From: the human T2T-CHM13v2.0 reference genome, Homo sapiens
Assembly: GCF_009914755.1 (NCBI RefSeq)
Contig: NC_060927.1
Direction: 5' to 3' (one strand)
DNA: 64,000 bases
Shown: in pieces, positions 25,501 through 39,083 of the stretch
Position numbering within the stretch: position 1 is the stretch's first letter
Layout: each line of letters opens with the position of its first letter
Notes under the pieces: model-generated
Databases searched by the model: none
Seen by the model: only the letters and a program-made list of their open reading frames with translations
What the model was told of the DNA's origin: nothing
Program-made: the position numbers and the translations under genes

Positions 25501-28500
25501 TATGCAAAAGTGGTTATAAAATGGTATTTACAAACTTCATGGTAACCTCAAACTGAAAAACATACAAGGGAAACACAACAAATAAATACCAGGAAAATAA
25601 ATCTTATTACCGGAGAAAATAACCTTCACTAAAGGAAAACAGAATGGAAACAAAGAAGGAAAAGAAGACCAAAAACAACCAGAAAACAAATTAAAAAATG
25701 ACAGGAGAATGTCCTTATTTGTCAGTAAAGCATCAAATGTAAATGGACTAAACTCTCCAACTAAAAGACACAGCCTGATTGAATGGATGAAAAAACTAGA
25801 CTCACTGATCTCTCATCTATAAGAAAAATACTTTAGCCTTTAAGGAAATACATACACTAAAAATTAAGAAATGGCAAAAGATATTCCATGCCAATGGAAA
25901 CCAAAAAAGAACAGGAGTAGCTGTACTTATATCACACAACATAGATTCCAAGAAAAAAAAAACTGATAAAAGAGGAAAAGAAGGTAAATATATATTGATA
26001 AAATGGTAAGTTCAGCAAGATAATATAACGATTTTATGCATATATGCACCCAACATTTGAGGACACAGATATATTAAGAAAACATTATTTGAGCTAAAGA
26101 GAGATAAGCCCTAATACAATAACAGCTGGAGACTCAACACCCCACTTTCAGCATTGGGCAGATCTTCCAGACAGAAAATCAACAAAGAAACATTGGACAT
26201 AATCTGCATTATAGATCAAATGTGTCAAACAGATATTTCCAGAACATTTCATCCAAGAACTGCAAAATACATATTGTTCTCCTCAGCACATGGATTATTC
26301 TCAATGATAGACCACGTTAGGTCACAAAACAATTATTAAGACACTCAAAAAATTGAAATATAAAACATCTCCTGTGACCTCAGTGGAATAAAACTAAAAA
26401 TCAAAAATAATAAATCTTGGAAACTATAGAAATTCATAGAAATTAAACAATATGCACCTGAATGACCAGTGGATCACTTAGAAATTAAGAGAAAAATGGA
26501 TAAAAAAATTGAAACAAATGATAATGGAAACACAACCTACCAAAACCCACAGAACACAGAAAATGCAGTACTAATAGCAAAGTTTATAGCTATAAGCACC
26601 TACATCAAAAAAGAGAAAAAACTTCAAATAAAAAATTTAATGCTTAATAGCAAAGAGCTAAAAAAGCAAGAGCAAACCAAACCCAAATTAGTAGATAATG
26701 TGAAATAATAAAGATCAGAGCAGAAATAAATACAACTAAAAGGAAAGAACAATAAAAAGCATCAATAAAAATAGTTTGCATTTTAAAAATTAAACAAAGT
26801 CGATAAAACTTCAGTGACAGAAACTGAGAAAAAAAAAGGAAATCCAAATAAGTAAAATCAGACATTAAAAAAGAGACATTACAACTGATACTGCAGATAT
26901 TCAATAGCTCATTAGCAGCTACTATGAGCAACTACTTGCCAGTACACTGGAAAATCTCAAGGAAATTGTTAAATTCTTAGACATGTACAACCTACGAAGG
27001 TTGACTCATAAAGAAATCTAAAACCTAAATAGACCAATAGCAAATAATGAGATCAAAGCTGCAATAGTCTCTCAGTAAAGAAATGCCTAGGACCCTGTGA
27101 TTTTACTGCTGAATTCTACCAAACATTTAAAGAACTTATACCAGTTCTACTCAAATTATTCTAAAAAATTGAGGAGAAAGGAATACTCCAGATTAAATGT
27201 ACACGGCCAGTATTACCCTGATAACAACACCAAATAAAGACATATCAAAAACATAAAACTACAGTCCAATATATTTGATAAATATGGTGCAAAAATTCTC
27301 AACAAAATAGTAGCAAACAAAATTCAACAATATATTAGAAAGATTGTTCATTATGACCAATTGGGATTAACTCTGGGATTCAAGGATGGTTCAACATATG
27401 TAAAACAATTAACATGATACATCATTTCAGCAGAATAAAGGATAAAATCAATATGAATGTTTCAGTTGACACTGAGAAAGCATTCAATAAAATTCAACAT
27501 CCCTTTATAATAAACGCCCTCAAAAAAAACAGAATAGAAAGAAGATACTTCAACATAATAAAAGTCATATGTGATAGACCCATGCCTAGTATCCTCCAAA
27601 ATGGAAACAAACTAAAAGCCTTTCCTATACAATCTAGAATATTATGACAATGCCCACTTTCTCTACTGTTATCAGTATAGTACTGAAAATTCTATAGGTG
27701 GAGGAATCTATAGAGATATAAAGGGCATCCATGTTGAAATGGGAGAAGTCAAATTATGATGATTTGCAGATGATATAATCATCTATTTGGGAAAACATAA
27801 AGACTCCACCAGAAAAACTATTATAACTAATAAACAAATTCAGTAAAGTTGAAAATCAACATACAAAACTCAGTAGTATTTCTATATGCCAACAATAAAT
27901 GATTTGAAAAATAAATTTTAAAAGTAATATCACTGACAATAGCCACAAATAAATTGAAATACAAATGAATTTACGGAAAGAAGTGAAATATTCTCTGTAA
28001 TAAAAACTATAAAAAAAACTAATGGAAAAATTTGAGGACATCAAAAAATGGAAAGATATTCCATGTTCATGGATAGAATGAATCAAAATTGTTAAAATGT
28101 CCATACTACCCAAAGCAATGTAAAGATTGAATGAAATAACGATTACATTCCCAATGGCATTTTCACAGAAATAGAAGAAACAGGCCTAAAGTTTATATAG
28201 AGCAATGAAAGATCAAGAATGGCCAATGCAAAAAGAATGAGACTGGAGGAATTACATTCTCTGACTTCAAATTATACTACAGCACTCTAGTAGGCAAAAC
28301 AGAATGGTACTGGCATAAAAAAGACACATAGACTAATGGAACAGAATAGAGAACACGGAAATAAATCCACTTACCTACAGTGAATTCATTTTCAAAAAAG
28401 TTGCCAAGAACAAACATTGGAAAAAAGAAAACTTCTTTAGTAAATAGTGCTGGAAATAATGGATATTCATATGCAGAAGAATAATACTAGATCCTTATCT

Positions 28501-29178
28501 TGTACCATATACAAAAATCCAATCAAAATGGATTAAAGACTTGGCTGGGCACAGTGGCTTACATCTGTAATCCTAGCATTTTGGGTGGCTGAGGCACGCA
28601 GATCACTTGAGGTCAGGAGTTTGAGACCAGCCTGGCCAACATGGTGAAAACCCACCTCTACTAAAATTACAAAAATTAGCCAGGTGTGGTGGCACATACC
28701 TGTAATCCCAGCTACTAAGTAGGCTGAGGCACAAGAATCACTTGAACCTGGGAGGTGGAGGTTGCAGTGAATTGAGAGCACAACAATTGCACTCCAGCCT
28801 AGATGAGTGGTCTCACAAAAAATAAATAAATAAATAAATGGATTAAAGCCTTAAATCTAAGATTTAAGTAATTTCAAACTATGAAACTACCACAAGACAA
28901 CATTGGAGAAACTCTCCAGGACTTTGAACTGGGAAAATATTTATTGAGTAATACTTCACAAGTAGTAGCAACCAAAGCTAAAATAGACAAATGGAATTAC
29001 ATTAAGTTAAAAAGCTTCTGCAAAACCAAAGAAACAATCAATAAGGTGAAAGGACAACCCACAGAATGGGAGAAAATATTTGTAAACTACTCATTTGAGA
29101 AGGGATTTCTTACCAGTATATAAAAGGAGCTCAAACAACTGTATAGGAAAAAAATTAATAATTTGATTACAAAATTGG
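22573..29178 (+). mobile_element. Near-full-length L1MA2-like element, 5' UTR to late ORF2
   Basis: L1M1-type 5' UTR (aatagaagcctcc...ccttcataagaa..aaaaatcaggt), ORF1 remnant (KIYFKHEGEIKAFPDKQK), ORF2 remnants; degenerate TSD 22556-22572 / 37830-37846. Confidence 0.85.
28543..28835 (+). mobile_element. AluS (Sx/Sz-like)
   Basis: Full dimer with (TAAA)n tail; 17-bp TSD AAATGGATTAAAG(A/C)CTT 28526-28542 / 28836-28852. Confidence 0.95.
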
Positions 29179-31480
29179 AGACAAGTCATCATCATGGCAA
29201 ATAGGAGGCAGGACTAGATTGCAGCTCCAACTCTGATGAACAGAGCAGTATGTGGAATCTCGCATTGTAGATTTTAGCTGCAGATCAACTGCAAGAACAA
29301 ACCAGCAATCCTGAGAGGACCCACAGACCCTTTGAAGGGAGCCGACTATTCCTACAGAATCTGGGAGACACCCCAAATAATGTGAATGTCCCAGTTGCAA
29401 AAATGGGAAAGGGAGAGCTGCCTCTTCTGAACAAACACCCCCACTGGAAAAACTGAAGGTCTGCTTGTGGGAAAAATTTCTGAACTTACCTGGAGCTGAG
29501 TCAATTTAGAGAGCTAAGCAAAATACAGGCATAGAGGAAGCATCAGAAAGGCCCTGGGAGCTCGTTCAGTATCCAATCAAGCCATTCCTGCCTGGCACCA
29601 CAGAGAGCCATCAGGAGGGTGGCCAGGTGGTGGGGGAGGAAACACCACAGGGAGAAGGAAATATCCAGCTGAATTTTGTAACAACTTGAACAGTGCGAGA
29701 AGCCTCCTGACCAGAACTCAGGGGAGGGTGCAAATCTGGTGTGCAGACTCCATGGACAGGGGAAGAACTAAGCCCTTTTCTCTCACAGCTGGAAGGCAGG
29801 TGTCATGAGGCAAGTTTTCAAGCTTGACTTGCCCACTGCTTGGAAACAGACTCGGTACTGTTAGGGGGACACAGTGGGAGTGAGACTGGTCCTTTGGTTT
29901 GAGAGGAAGCTGGGTGAGGCCTCTGACAGCCGGCTTTCCCCCACTTCCTTGACAACCTGCATGACTCAGCAGTGGCAGCCATAATCCTCCTAGATACACA
30001 ACTCCATTGACCTGGGAACCTCACTCCCATCCCCCACAGCAGCAGCAGCAAGACCTACCCAAGGGCAGTCTGAGCTCAGACTTGCCTAGCCCTGCCCCCA
30101 CTTGGTGGTCCTTCCCTATCTAACCTGGTAGCTGAAGACAAAAGGCATATAATATTGGGAGTTCTAGGGCTCTGCCCACTGCTGGTTCCTCTCCATACTA
30201 ACACAGCTGATGCTCTCTGGAAAGTTCCACCTTCTGGAATGAAGCCAACCAGCACAAAAATAGAGCATTAAACTACCAAAGCTAAAAATCCTCACAGAAT
30301 CCATAGCACCTCCCCTCCACCTCCACTGAAACAGGCACTTACGTCCATGGCTGAGAGACCCATAGATTGTTCACATCACAAAACTCTGTGCAGACAACCC
30401 CCAGTACCAGCCTGGAGCCAGGTAGACTTGCTGGGTGGCTGGGCTCAGAAGAGAGACAACAATCACTGCAGTTTGGCTCACAGGAAGCCACATCCATATG
30501 AAAAGGGAGAGAGTACTATATCAAGGGAACACCCTGTGAGACAAAAGAATCTGAACAACAGCCTTCAGCCCTAGTCTTTCCCTCCGACAGAACCTATCCA
30601 AATAAGAAGGAACCAGAAAATCCACTCTGGTAATATGACAGAATAAGACTCTTTAACACCCCCCAAAACATCACACTAGTTAACCAGCAATGGATCCAAA
30701 CAAAGAAATCCCTGATTTACCTGAAAAAGAATTCAGGAGTTTAGTTATAACGCTAATTAGAAAGACACCAGAGAAGGTGAAGCCCAATGCAAGGAAATCC
30801 AAAAATCAATACAAGAAGTGAAGGGAGAAATATTCAAGGAAATAGATAGCTTAAAAAAATCAAAAATTTAGGAAACATTGGATACAGTTATAGAAATGTG
30901 AAGTGCTCTGGAAAGTCTCAGCAATAGAATTGAACAGTAGAAGAAAGAAATTCAGAGCTCGAAGACAAGGTCTTCAAATTAACCCAATCCAACAAAGACA
31001 AAGAAAAAAGAAAAGAAAATATGAATAAACCCTCCAAGAAGTCTGGGGTTATGTTTAATGAAGAACCTAAGAATAATTGGTGTTCCTGAGAAAGAAGAGA
31101 ATTATAAAAGCTTGGAAAACACATGTGGGGGAATAACTGAGGAAAACTTCCCCAGCTTTGCTAGAGACCCAGACATCCAAATACAAGAAGCACTTAGAAC
31201 ACCTGGGAAATTCATTGCAAAAAGATCATCACCTAGACACATTGTCATCAGGTTATCCAAACTTAAGACCAAGGAAAGAATCTTAAGAGCTGTGACACAG
31301 AAGAACCAGGCAACCCATGAAAGAAAATATATAAGATTAACAGCAGATTTTTCAGCAGAAACCCTACAAACTACAAGAGATTGGGGCCCTATCTTCAGCC
31401 TCCTCAAACATAACAATTGTCAGCCCAAATTTTGTGTCCACTGAAACTAAGCATTACATATGAAGGAAAGATACAGTCTT

Positions 31481-32096
31481 ATCCCATCTTAGAAAAACCA
31501 TGGATGGGGAATTCTATAACTAGAGGCCTTTTCTGGTTTGCTGCTATTCCTCTCCTTAAAAGGTCACTACTTAATATTTACATTATGATGCAACAAGGAT
31601 GGAAGGCAACAGTAGGAGCCATAGAAGCACAATAACAATCCACATACTTTTTAGGCTCAGCAGTAGCACAGAATAGACGGGCCCTAGATGTCCTCACAGG
31701 TGAGGTAGGTGGTACCTGTGCAGTCTTAAATGAAACATGCTGCCTCTGGATCAACACCTCTAGTCAAGTCGAAGAAAACCTACAGATGCTTAAAGATCAA
31801 GTGAAAATCATTCGCAGGTTAAGAGAAAATGCAGTCTCCAGCCCTGGATGGCTACAATCCCTCTTTAATAAATTCCAATCTTCACTGTGGACCTGGTTAG
31901 TTCCATCATTAAGCCCCCTATTCATATGTTTTATATTAATGTTTGGACCTTGTCTAACATTGTTAATGTTACTATAACTTGAATTACTTCCTCTCACCTA
32001 GAAGCAATCAAACTCCAAATGGTGCTGCAGACCGAACCACATATGTACACACCTTTCTTCCGAGGACACTTAGATCAACCCCAGGAGGAACCCTAG
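31481..32096 (+). pseudogene. env: Gamma-type retroviral envelope TM subunit remnant
   Basis: One frame: ...WKATVGAIEAQ*QSTYFLGSAVAQNRRALDVLTGEVGGTCAVLNETCCLWINTSSQVEENLQMLKDQ...WTWLVPSLSPLFICFILMFGPC (ISD, CX6CC, membrane anchor); cytoplasmic tail (LEAIKLQMVLQ) after a frameshift. Confidence 0.92.
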
Positions 32097-32199
32097 CTGC
32101 TGTTCCCCACACAATGCCCCTTTTCAGCAGGAAGTAGCCAGAGCGTCATCACCCAACACCTCCTAACATCAATTAGGATTACCACTCCAGAGTGGGGAA

Positions 32200-32704
32200 T
32201 GATACAGAAGTTAAGAAGGAATTACTTAGGCAGATAGCAAGGGCATGGGAGTCCTTGGTAAGGCTTTTCTTTTTAATGAAAAGCAGCCCCAAATCATTTT
32301 CTAACAAAGAGAAGCTTGTAAGCTGGGAGCTTGCACAGGTGAATGCTGGCAGGAACTAAGAACTAGACATTTTCAAAAGGCAGCTCCATCTTCTCTTTTC
32401 TGCCAGTCACGTGTACTGTAAAGGAGTAGACAAGATGGTGCCGATCAACTGGAATGCCCATTTGCATAAGAAGATTAGGATGGGGTGACCAGCTTTTCCC
32501 ATGCGCTATGTAAAAGTCATACCTGATCAAACCAATCTGTGAGCTCTATACAAATCAGACACTGCACTCTCCAGCCTGCCTATAAAATCTGCTGCAGTTC
32601 ATCACCTCTCCCCTTTTTCAGATGTCTGTCTCTCTTTGGCAAGGAACTGCTCTATTCTTTCCTTTCTTCTGTCTATTAAACTTTCCACTCCTTAATGCTC
32701 CCCC
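32200..32704 (+). mobile_element. ERV1 LTR U3-R (PABL/LTR43-related; exact subfamily uncertain), U5 missing
   Basis: PPT agagtggggaa then tgatacagaagttaagaagg..ttacttaggcagatag; CCAAT near 32532, TATAAAA 32581, ATTAAA 32675. Confidence 0.8.
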
Positions 32705-35700
32705 AAAAGAAAAGATACAGTCTTTTTCAGACAAACGAATACTGAAATAAATCTCCACTACCAAGCCACCACTATAAAAACTGCTAAAAGGAGCTCTAAA
32801 TCTTGAAATAAACCCTGAAAACACATCAAAACAGAACCGCTTTAAAGCATAAATCACACAGGACCTATAAAACAAAAATACAAGTTAAAAAGCAAAAACA
32901 AAAATGCCAAAGTACACATGAAATAAAGAGCATGATGAATGCAATGGTACCTCATATTTCAATGTAACATTGAATGTAAATGACCTAAATTCTCCACTTA
33001 AAAGATACAGAACTGCAGAATGGATAAGAACTCACCAACGGACTATCTGCTGCCTTCAGGAGACTCACCTAACACATGAGGCCTCAGTTAAAGTTAAATT
33101 AAAGGGATGGGAAAAGGCATTTCATGCAAATGGACACCAAAATCAACCAAGGGTAACTATTCTTATATCAGGCAAAACAAACTTCAAAGCAACAGCAGTT
33201 AAAAGAAACAAAGAGGAAAATTATATAATGGTATAAGGCCTCGTCCAAGAGGAAATATTACAATCCTAAACATATGCACCTGACACTGGAGCTCCCAAAT
33301 GTATAAACAATTACTAATAGACCTAAGAAACGACACAGACAGCAACATAATAATCATAGGGGACTTCATTACTCCACTGACAGCACCAGACAGATTATCA
33401 AAACATAAAGTCAACAAAGAAACAATGAGTTTAAACTATACTTTGGAACAAATGGACTTAACAGATATATACAGAACATTTCATCCAACAACCACAGAAA
33501 ACACATTCTATTCAATAGCACATAGAACTTTCTCCAAGATAGGCCATATGATAGGCCATAAAACCAGCCTCAATAAATTTAGAAAACTGAAATTCTATCA
33601 ACCACTCTTTCAGACCATGGGATAAAACTAGAAATTGACTACAAAAGGAACCTTCAAAATCATGCAAATACATGGAAATTAAATAACCTGCTCCTGAATG
33701 AGCAGTGGGTAAAAAACAAAATCAAGATGGAAATTTAAAAATTATTTGAACTGAATGACAATTATGACACAACCTACCAAAACCTCTGGGATACAGCAAA
33801 GGCAGTGTGAAGAGGAAAGTTCATAGACCTAAATTCCTACATTAAAAAAAAAAAGAAAAAAGAAACCTGAAAGAGCACAAATAGAAATTCTAAGGTCACA
33901 CCTCAAGGAACTAGAGAAACAAGAACAAAAAAAGACCAAACCCAAACCCAGCAGAAGAAGGGAAATAACCAAGATCAGAGCAGAACTAAATGAAATTGAA
34001 ACAAAAGAAACAATACAAATGATAAATAAAACAAAAAACTGGTCCTTAAAAAGATAAATAAAATTGGTAGACCATTAGCAAGATTATCCAAGAAAAGAGA
34101 GAGAAAATCCAAATAACCTCACTAAGAAATGAAACATGAGATATTACAACTAACACTACTGAAATACAAAAGATCATTCAAAGCTTCTAGGAACACCTTT
34201 ACACACATAAACTAGAAAACCTAGAAGTGATGTCTACATTCCTGAAAAAATACAACCCTCCTAGCTTAAATCAGAAATAATTAGATACCCTGAACAGACC
34301 AATAACAAGCAGTGAGAAAAGAAAAGCCCAGGATCTAGCTAACTGAATCCAACAACATATTAAAAAGATAATCCACCATGATCAAGTGGATTTCATACCA
34401 GGAATGCAGGGATGGTTTAACATATGCAAGTCAATAAATGTGATACATCACATAACAGAATTTAAAACAATAATCACATGATCATCTCAATAGATGTATA
34501 AAAAGCATTAAATAAAATCCAGCATTCCTTTATGATTAAAACTTCAGCAAAATCGGCATACAAGGGACATACCTCAATGTAATAAAAGCCATCTATGACA
34601 AAACCACAGCCAACATAATACTGAATGGGAAAAAGTTGAAAGCATTCCCCCTGAGAGCTGGAACAAGGATGCCCGCTCTCACCACGCATCTTCAACATAG
34701 TACTGGAAGTCCTAGCCAGAACAATCAGACAAGAGAAAGAAATAAAGGGCATCCACGTTTGTAAAGAAGAAGTCATACTGTCACTGTTTGTTGACGATAT
34801 AATCGTTTACCTTGAAAAACCTAAAGACTCCTCTAGAAAGCTCTTAGAACTCAAAAGATTTCAGCAAAGTATCCAGATACAAGACATCCCATGCTCATGG
34901 ATGGGTAGAATATTGTAAAAATGACCATACTGCCAAAAGCAATCTACAAATTCAGTGCATTTCTCATCAAAATACCACCAGCTTCTTCAAACAATTAGAA
35001 AAAAAATTTCTAAAATTCATATGGAATCAAAAAGAGCCCGCATAGCCAAAGCAAGACTAAGTGAAAAGAACAAATTGGAGGCATCACACTACCTGATTTT
35101 AAACCATATTATAATGCCATAATTAACAGAACAGTGTGGTACTGGTATAAAAATGGGCACATAGACCAATAGAACAGAATAGAGCACCCAGAAATAAAAC
35201 CAAGTAATTACAGCCAACTGATCTTTGACCAAGGAAACAAAAACATAAAGTGGGGATAATTGACTACCCACATGTAGGAGAATGAAACTGTATCCTCATG
35301 TCTCACATTATACAAAAATCAACTCAAGATGGATTAAGGGCTTAAATCTAAGACCTGAAACTATAACAATTCTAGCAGATAACATTGAAAAAACCCTTGT
35401 CGACATTGGCTTAGGCAAGGATTTCATGAACAAACCCCAAAAGCTAATGCAGTAAAAACAAAGACAAATAACTGCAACTTAATTAAACTAAAGAGCTTTT
35501 GCACAGCAAAAGGAACAGTCAGCAGAGTAAACAGACAGCCCACAGAGTGGGAGAAAAGCTTCACAGTCTATATATCTGACAAAGGACTAATATTCAGAAT
35601 CTTCAACAAACAAAAACAAATCAGGAAGAAAAAAAAAGCAATCCCATCAAAAAGTGGGCTAAGGACATGAATAGACAACTCTCAAAAGGAGATATACAGG

Positions 35701-35989
<289 letters not shown>

Positions 35990-36377
35990 TCAACATCACT
36001 AATGATCAGGGAAATGCAAATCAAAACCACAATGTGATACCACCTCACTCCTGCAAGAATAGCCATAATCAAAAAAATCAATAAACAGTAGATGTTGGCA
36101 TGGATGTGGTGATCAGGGAACACTTCTACACTGCTAGTGGGAATATAAACTAGTACAACCTCTATGGAAAACAGGGTGGAGATTCCTTAAAGTACTGAAA
36201 GTAGAACTACAATTTGATCCAGCAATCCTACTACTGGGTATCTACCCAGAAGAAAAGAAGTCTTTATACAAAAAACATACTTGCACATGCGTGTTTGTAG
36301 CAGCACAATTCACGAGAGCAAAATCATGAAACCAACCCAAATGCCCATCAATCAACGAGTGGATAAAGAAACTGTGG

Positions 36378-36468
36378 TATGTGTGTGTGTGTGTATACGT
36401 ATATATATATACGTATACACACACACACACACATATATATACATGTATATATACACATATATATATAT
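36378..36468. repeat. Compound (TG)n(TA)n(CA)n microsatellite containing a perfect palindrome
   Basis: 36380-36431 is its own reverse complement. Confidence 0.92.
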
Positions 36469-36835
36469 GATGGAAATCTACTCATCCATAAAAATAAATT
36501 TATTAACAGCATTTGCAGTGATCTGAATGAGATTGGAGATCATTATTTTAAGTGAAGTAACTCAGGAATGGAAAACCAAACATCGTATATTCTCACTAAT
36601 ATGTGGAAGCTAAGATATGAGGATGCAAAATCATAAGAATGGTACAATGGACTGTGGGGACTTGAGGGGAAGAGTGTGATGGGGGCGAGAGATTAAAGAC
36701 TACAAATATGGTGGAGTGTATACTGCTCAGGTGATGGATGCACTAAAATCTCACAAATCACGAATAAAGAACTAAATCATGTAATCAACTACCACCTGTA
36801 TTCCAATAACTTATGAAAAAAAGTTTAATTTTTTT

Positions 36836-37829
36836 AATTGGGTAAAAATTTTAATAGACATTTCTCAAAGAAGACATACAAATGGCAAACAGGCATATGA
36901 AAAAGTGCTCAATACCATTGCTCATCAGTGAAATGCAAATCAAACCTATAATGAGATATCATCTCACCCCAGTTAAAATGGTTCGTATACAAAAGACAGG
37001 CAATAACAAATGCTGGCCAGAATGTGGAGACAAGGAAACCCTACCACACTGTTAGTGAGAATATAAATTATGACAACCACTGTAGAGAACAGTTTGGAGT
37101 TTCCTCAAAAAGACTAAAAATCGAGCTACCATATGATCCAGCAATTCAACTGCTGGGTATATATCCAAAAGAAAAGACATTAATATATCAAAGAGATATC
37201 TACATTGCCATGCTTGTTGCAGTACTGTTCACAATAGCCAATATTTGGAAACAACCTAAGTGTCTATCAACAGATGAATGGATAAACAAAATGTGGTACA
37301 TATACACAATGGAGTACTATTTAGCCAAAATAAGAATGAGATCTTGTCATTTTCAACAACATGGATGGAGCTGAATATCAATGTTAAGTGAAATAAGCAA
37401 GGCACAGAAAGAAAAACATTGCAAGTTCTCACTTATTTGTGGAATCTAAAAATCAAATCAATTGAACTCATGAACTTAGAGAGTAGAATGATGGTTACCA
37501 GAGGCTGGGAAGGGTAGTTGGGGGTGAGGAATTGGGGATGGTTAACAGATATGAAAATATTTAGAAAGAATAAATAAGATCTAATATTTGAAAACACAAA
37601 AGGGTGTCTGTAGTCATTAATAACTTAATAATACATTTAAATATAACTTAAAGAGTAAAATTGGATAGTTTGTAACACAAAGGATATATACTTGAGAAAA
37701 TGGATATACCATTCTCCATGATATTATTGTTATGCATTGCATGGCTGTATGAAAACATCCTATATACATCACAAATGTCTACATTTACTATGTACACACA
37801 AAAAATTAAAAATAAAAATTTTACAAAAG
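36836..37829 (+). mobile_element. L1MA2-like element, 3' end
   Basis: Resumes ORF2 (aatagacatttctcaaagaagacatacaaatggc); ELPYDPAIQLLGIYPKE; 3' UTR with attctccatgat and an A-rich tail. Confidence 0.88.
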
Positions 37830-38112
37830 AAGAAAGATATATAATAGAAATATAGATGAGGGACAAATTGTTGTTATGTAACTATCTAACTAGTTATCTA
37901 GCTAGATGGAGATATATCTACCAGAAAATGTCACATCTAAAATGTATAAAAAACTAATATTATTAAATAATAAAATCAGCCAGTAAGCCCAATAGAAAAG
38001 TAGGCAAAAAAGTCTTGCAGAAACTAATTTCATAGAATATGAAAATTGCCAAAAATATCACCTACATCATTAGACATCAGGGAATTGCAAATTGTAACCA
38101 AAATGAGACCCA

Positions 38113-38113
38113 T

Positions 38114-38154
<41 letters not shown>

Positions 38155-38169
38155 GAAACACACACACAC
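38113..38169. repeat. (CA)n microsatellite, interrupted
   Basis: Direct inspection. Confidence 0.9.
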
Positions 38170-38585
38170 CCAGATGGCTACAAATATGCATGTCAAATAC
38201 AAAATATTTATGGTAATATAAAAAAGTCAAAACTTTAATACATTTTTATGGGGAATGTAAATTAACACAAGTAATTTGTAAAACATTTGAACATACACAG
38301 AGCTTATGTCTCAGCAACTACATTCTCACATGCATTCCAACAGATTGGCATATAGCAGGTTTCCAAAAGTCATGCAGTAAATTGTTCCTATCAGCAGAAT
38401 TTATGGTATTTCTAAACTGGAAGCTACTTAAATGCCCAGTGACAATAGGATGGGAATATAAATTGTGCTGTATTCACACAGTAAAATATTCTACAGTTAT
38501 GAGATTAAATGAAGTATAAGAAAACATGGCAGAAGATACAAATTTTGCAAATATAATGTTGAGTGAAAAAAGCCAAAAATGAGAG

Positions 38586-39083
38586 TGTAGTGGTCAGTTT
38601 TATGTGTCAATTTAGCTACGCTGTAGTCCCCAATATTCAACAAAACACAAATATAGGTGTTTCTGTGAAGATATTTTGTAGATGTAATTAAAGTTCATAA
38701 TTGATTGACTTTAAGTAGGAGAAATTTTTCTAGATAATCTTGATGGGCCTGATTCTATCAATAGAAAGTCTTTAAGAACAGAACTGAAGCTTCCCTGGGG
38801 AAAATAAATTCTGCATGTGGACTGAAGCTTCAGCCCATGTCTGGAAGTTTCGGTTTTCCTTTTCTAACATCGTCACCTAAGGAATTCAGCCATACATATC
38901 CAGCCTCCACAATCATGTAAACCAATTCATTGCAAGAAATTATACATATAATAAGATTATACACACATATATATTATATATATTATTTATTGCAAGGAAT
39001 ACACACACACATATATACACACATATACACACACTACTTACTTTGTTTCTCTGCTTGAAACCAACTGTATCTGGGCTAATACA
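38586..39083 (+). mobile_element. MLT2D-like ERVL solo LTR
   Basis: tgtagtggtcagttttatgtgtcaa...gataatcttgatgggcctgatt...ctccacaatcatgtaaaccaattc...ctaataca. Confidence 0.85.

Larger units (their letters stand above)
31481..32710 (+). mobile_element. 5'-truncated processed (L1-retroposed) ERV1 transcript: env TM + PPT + U3-R
   Basis: 14-bp TSD AAAGATACAGTCTT (31467-31480 / 32711-32724); LTR ends 24 nt after ATTAAA in a short A-rich remnant. Confidence 0.85.

Noticed and set aside
31481-32096. env as a syncytin-like domesticated gene (e.g. syncytin-2, given a MER50 LTR in the window)
   Set aside because: No SU, signal peptide or furin site; in-frame stop and frameshift; TM differs from syncytin-2 as I recall it; the MER50 LTR is 17 kb away, antisense and unrelated to this insert.
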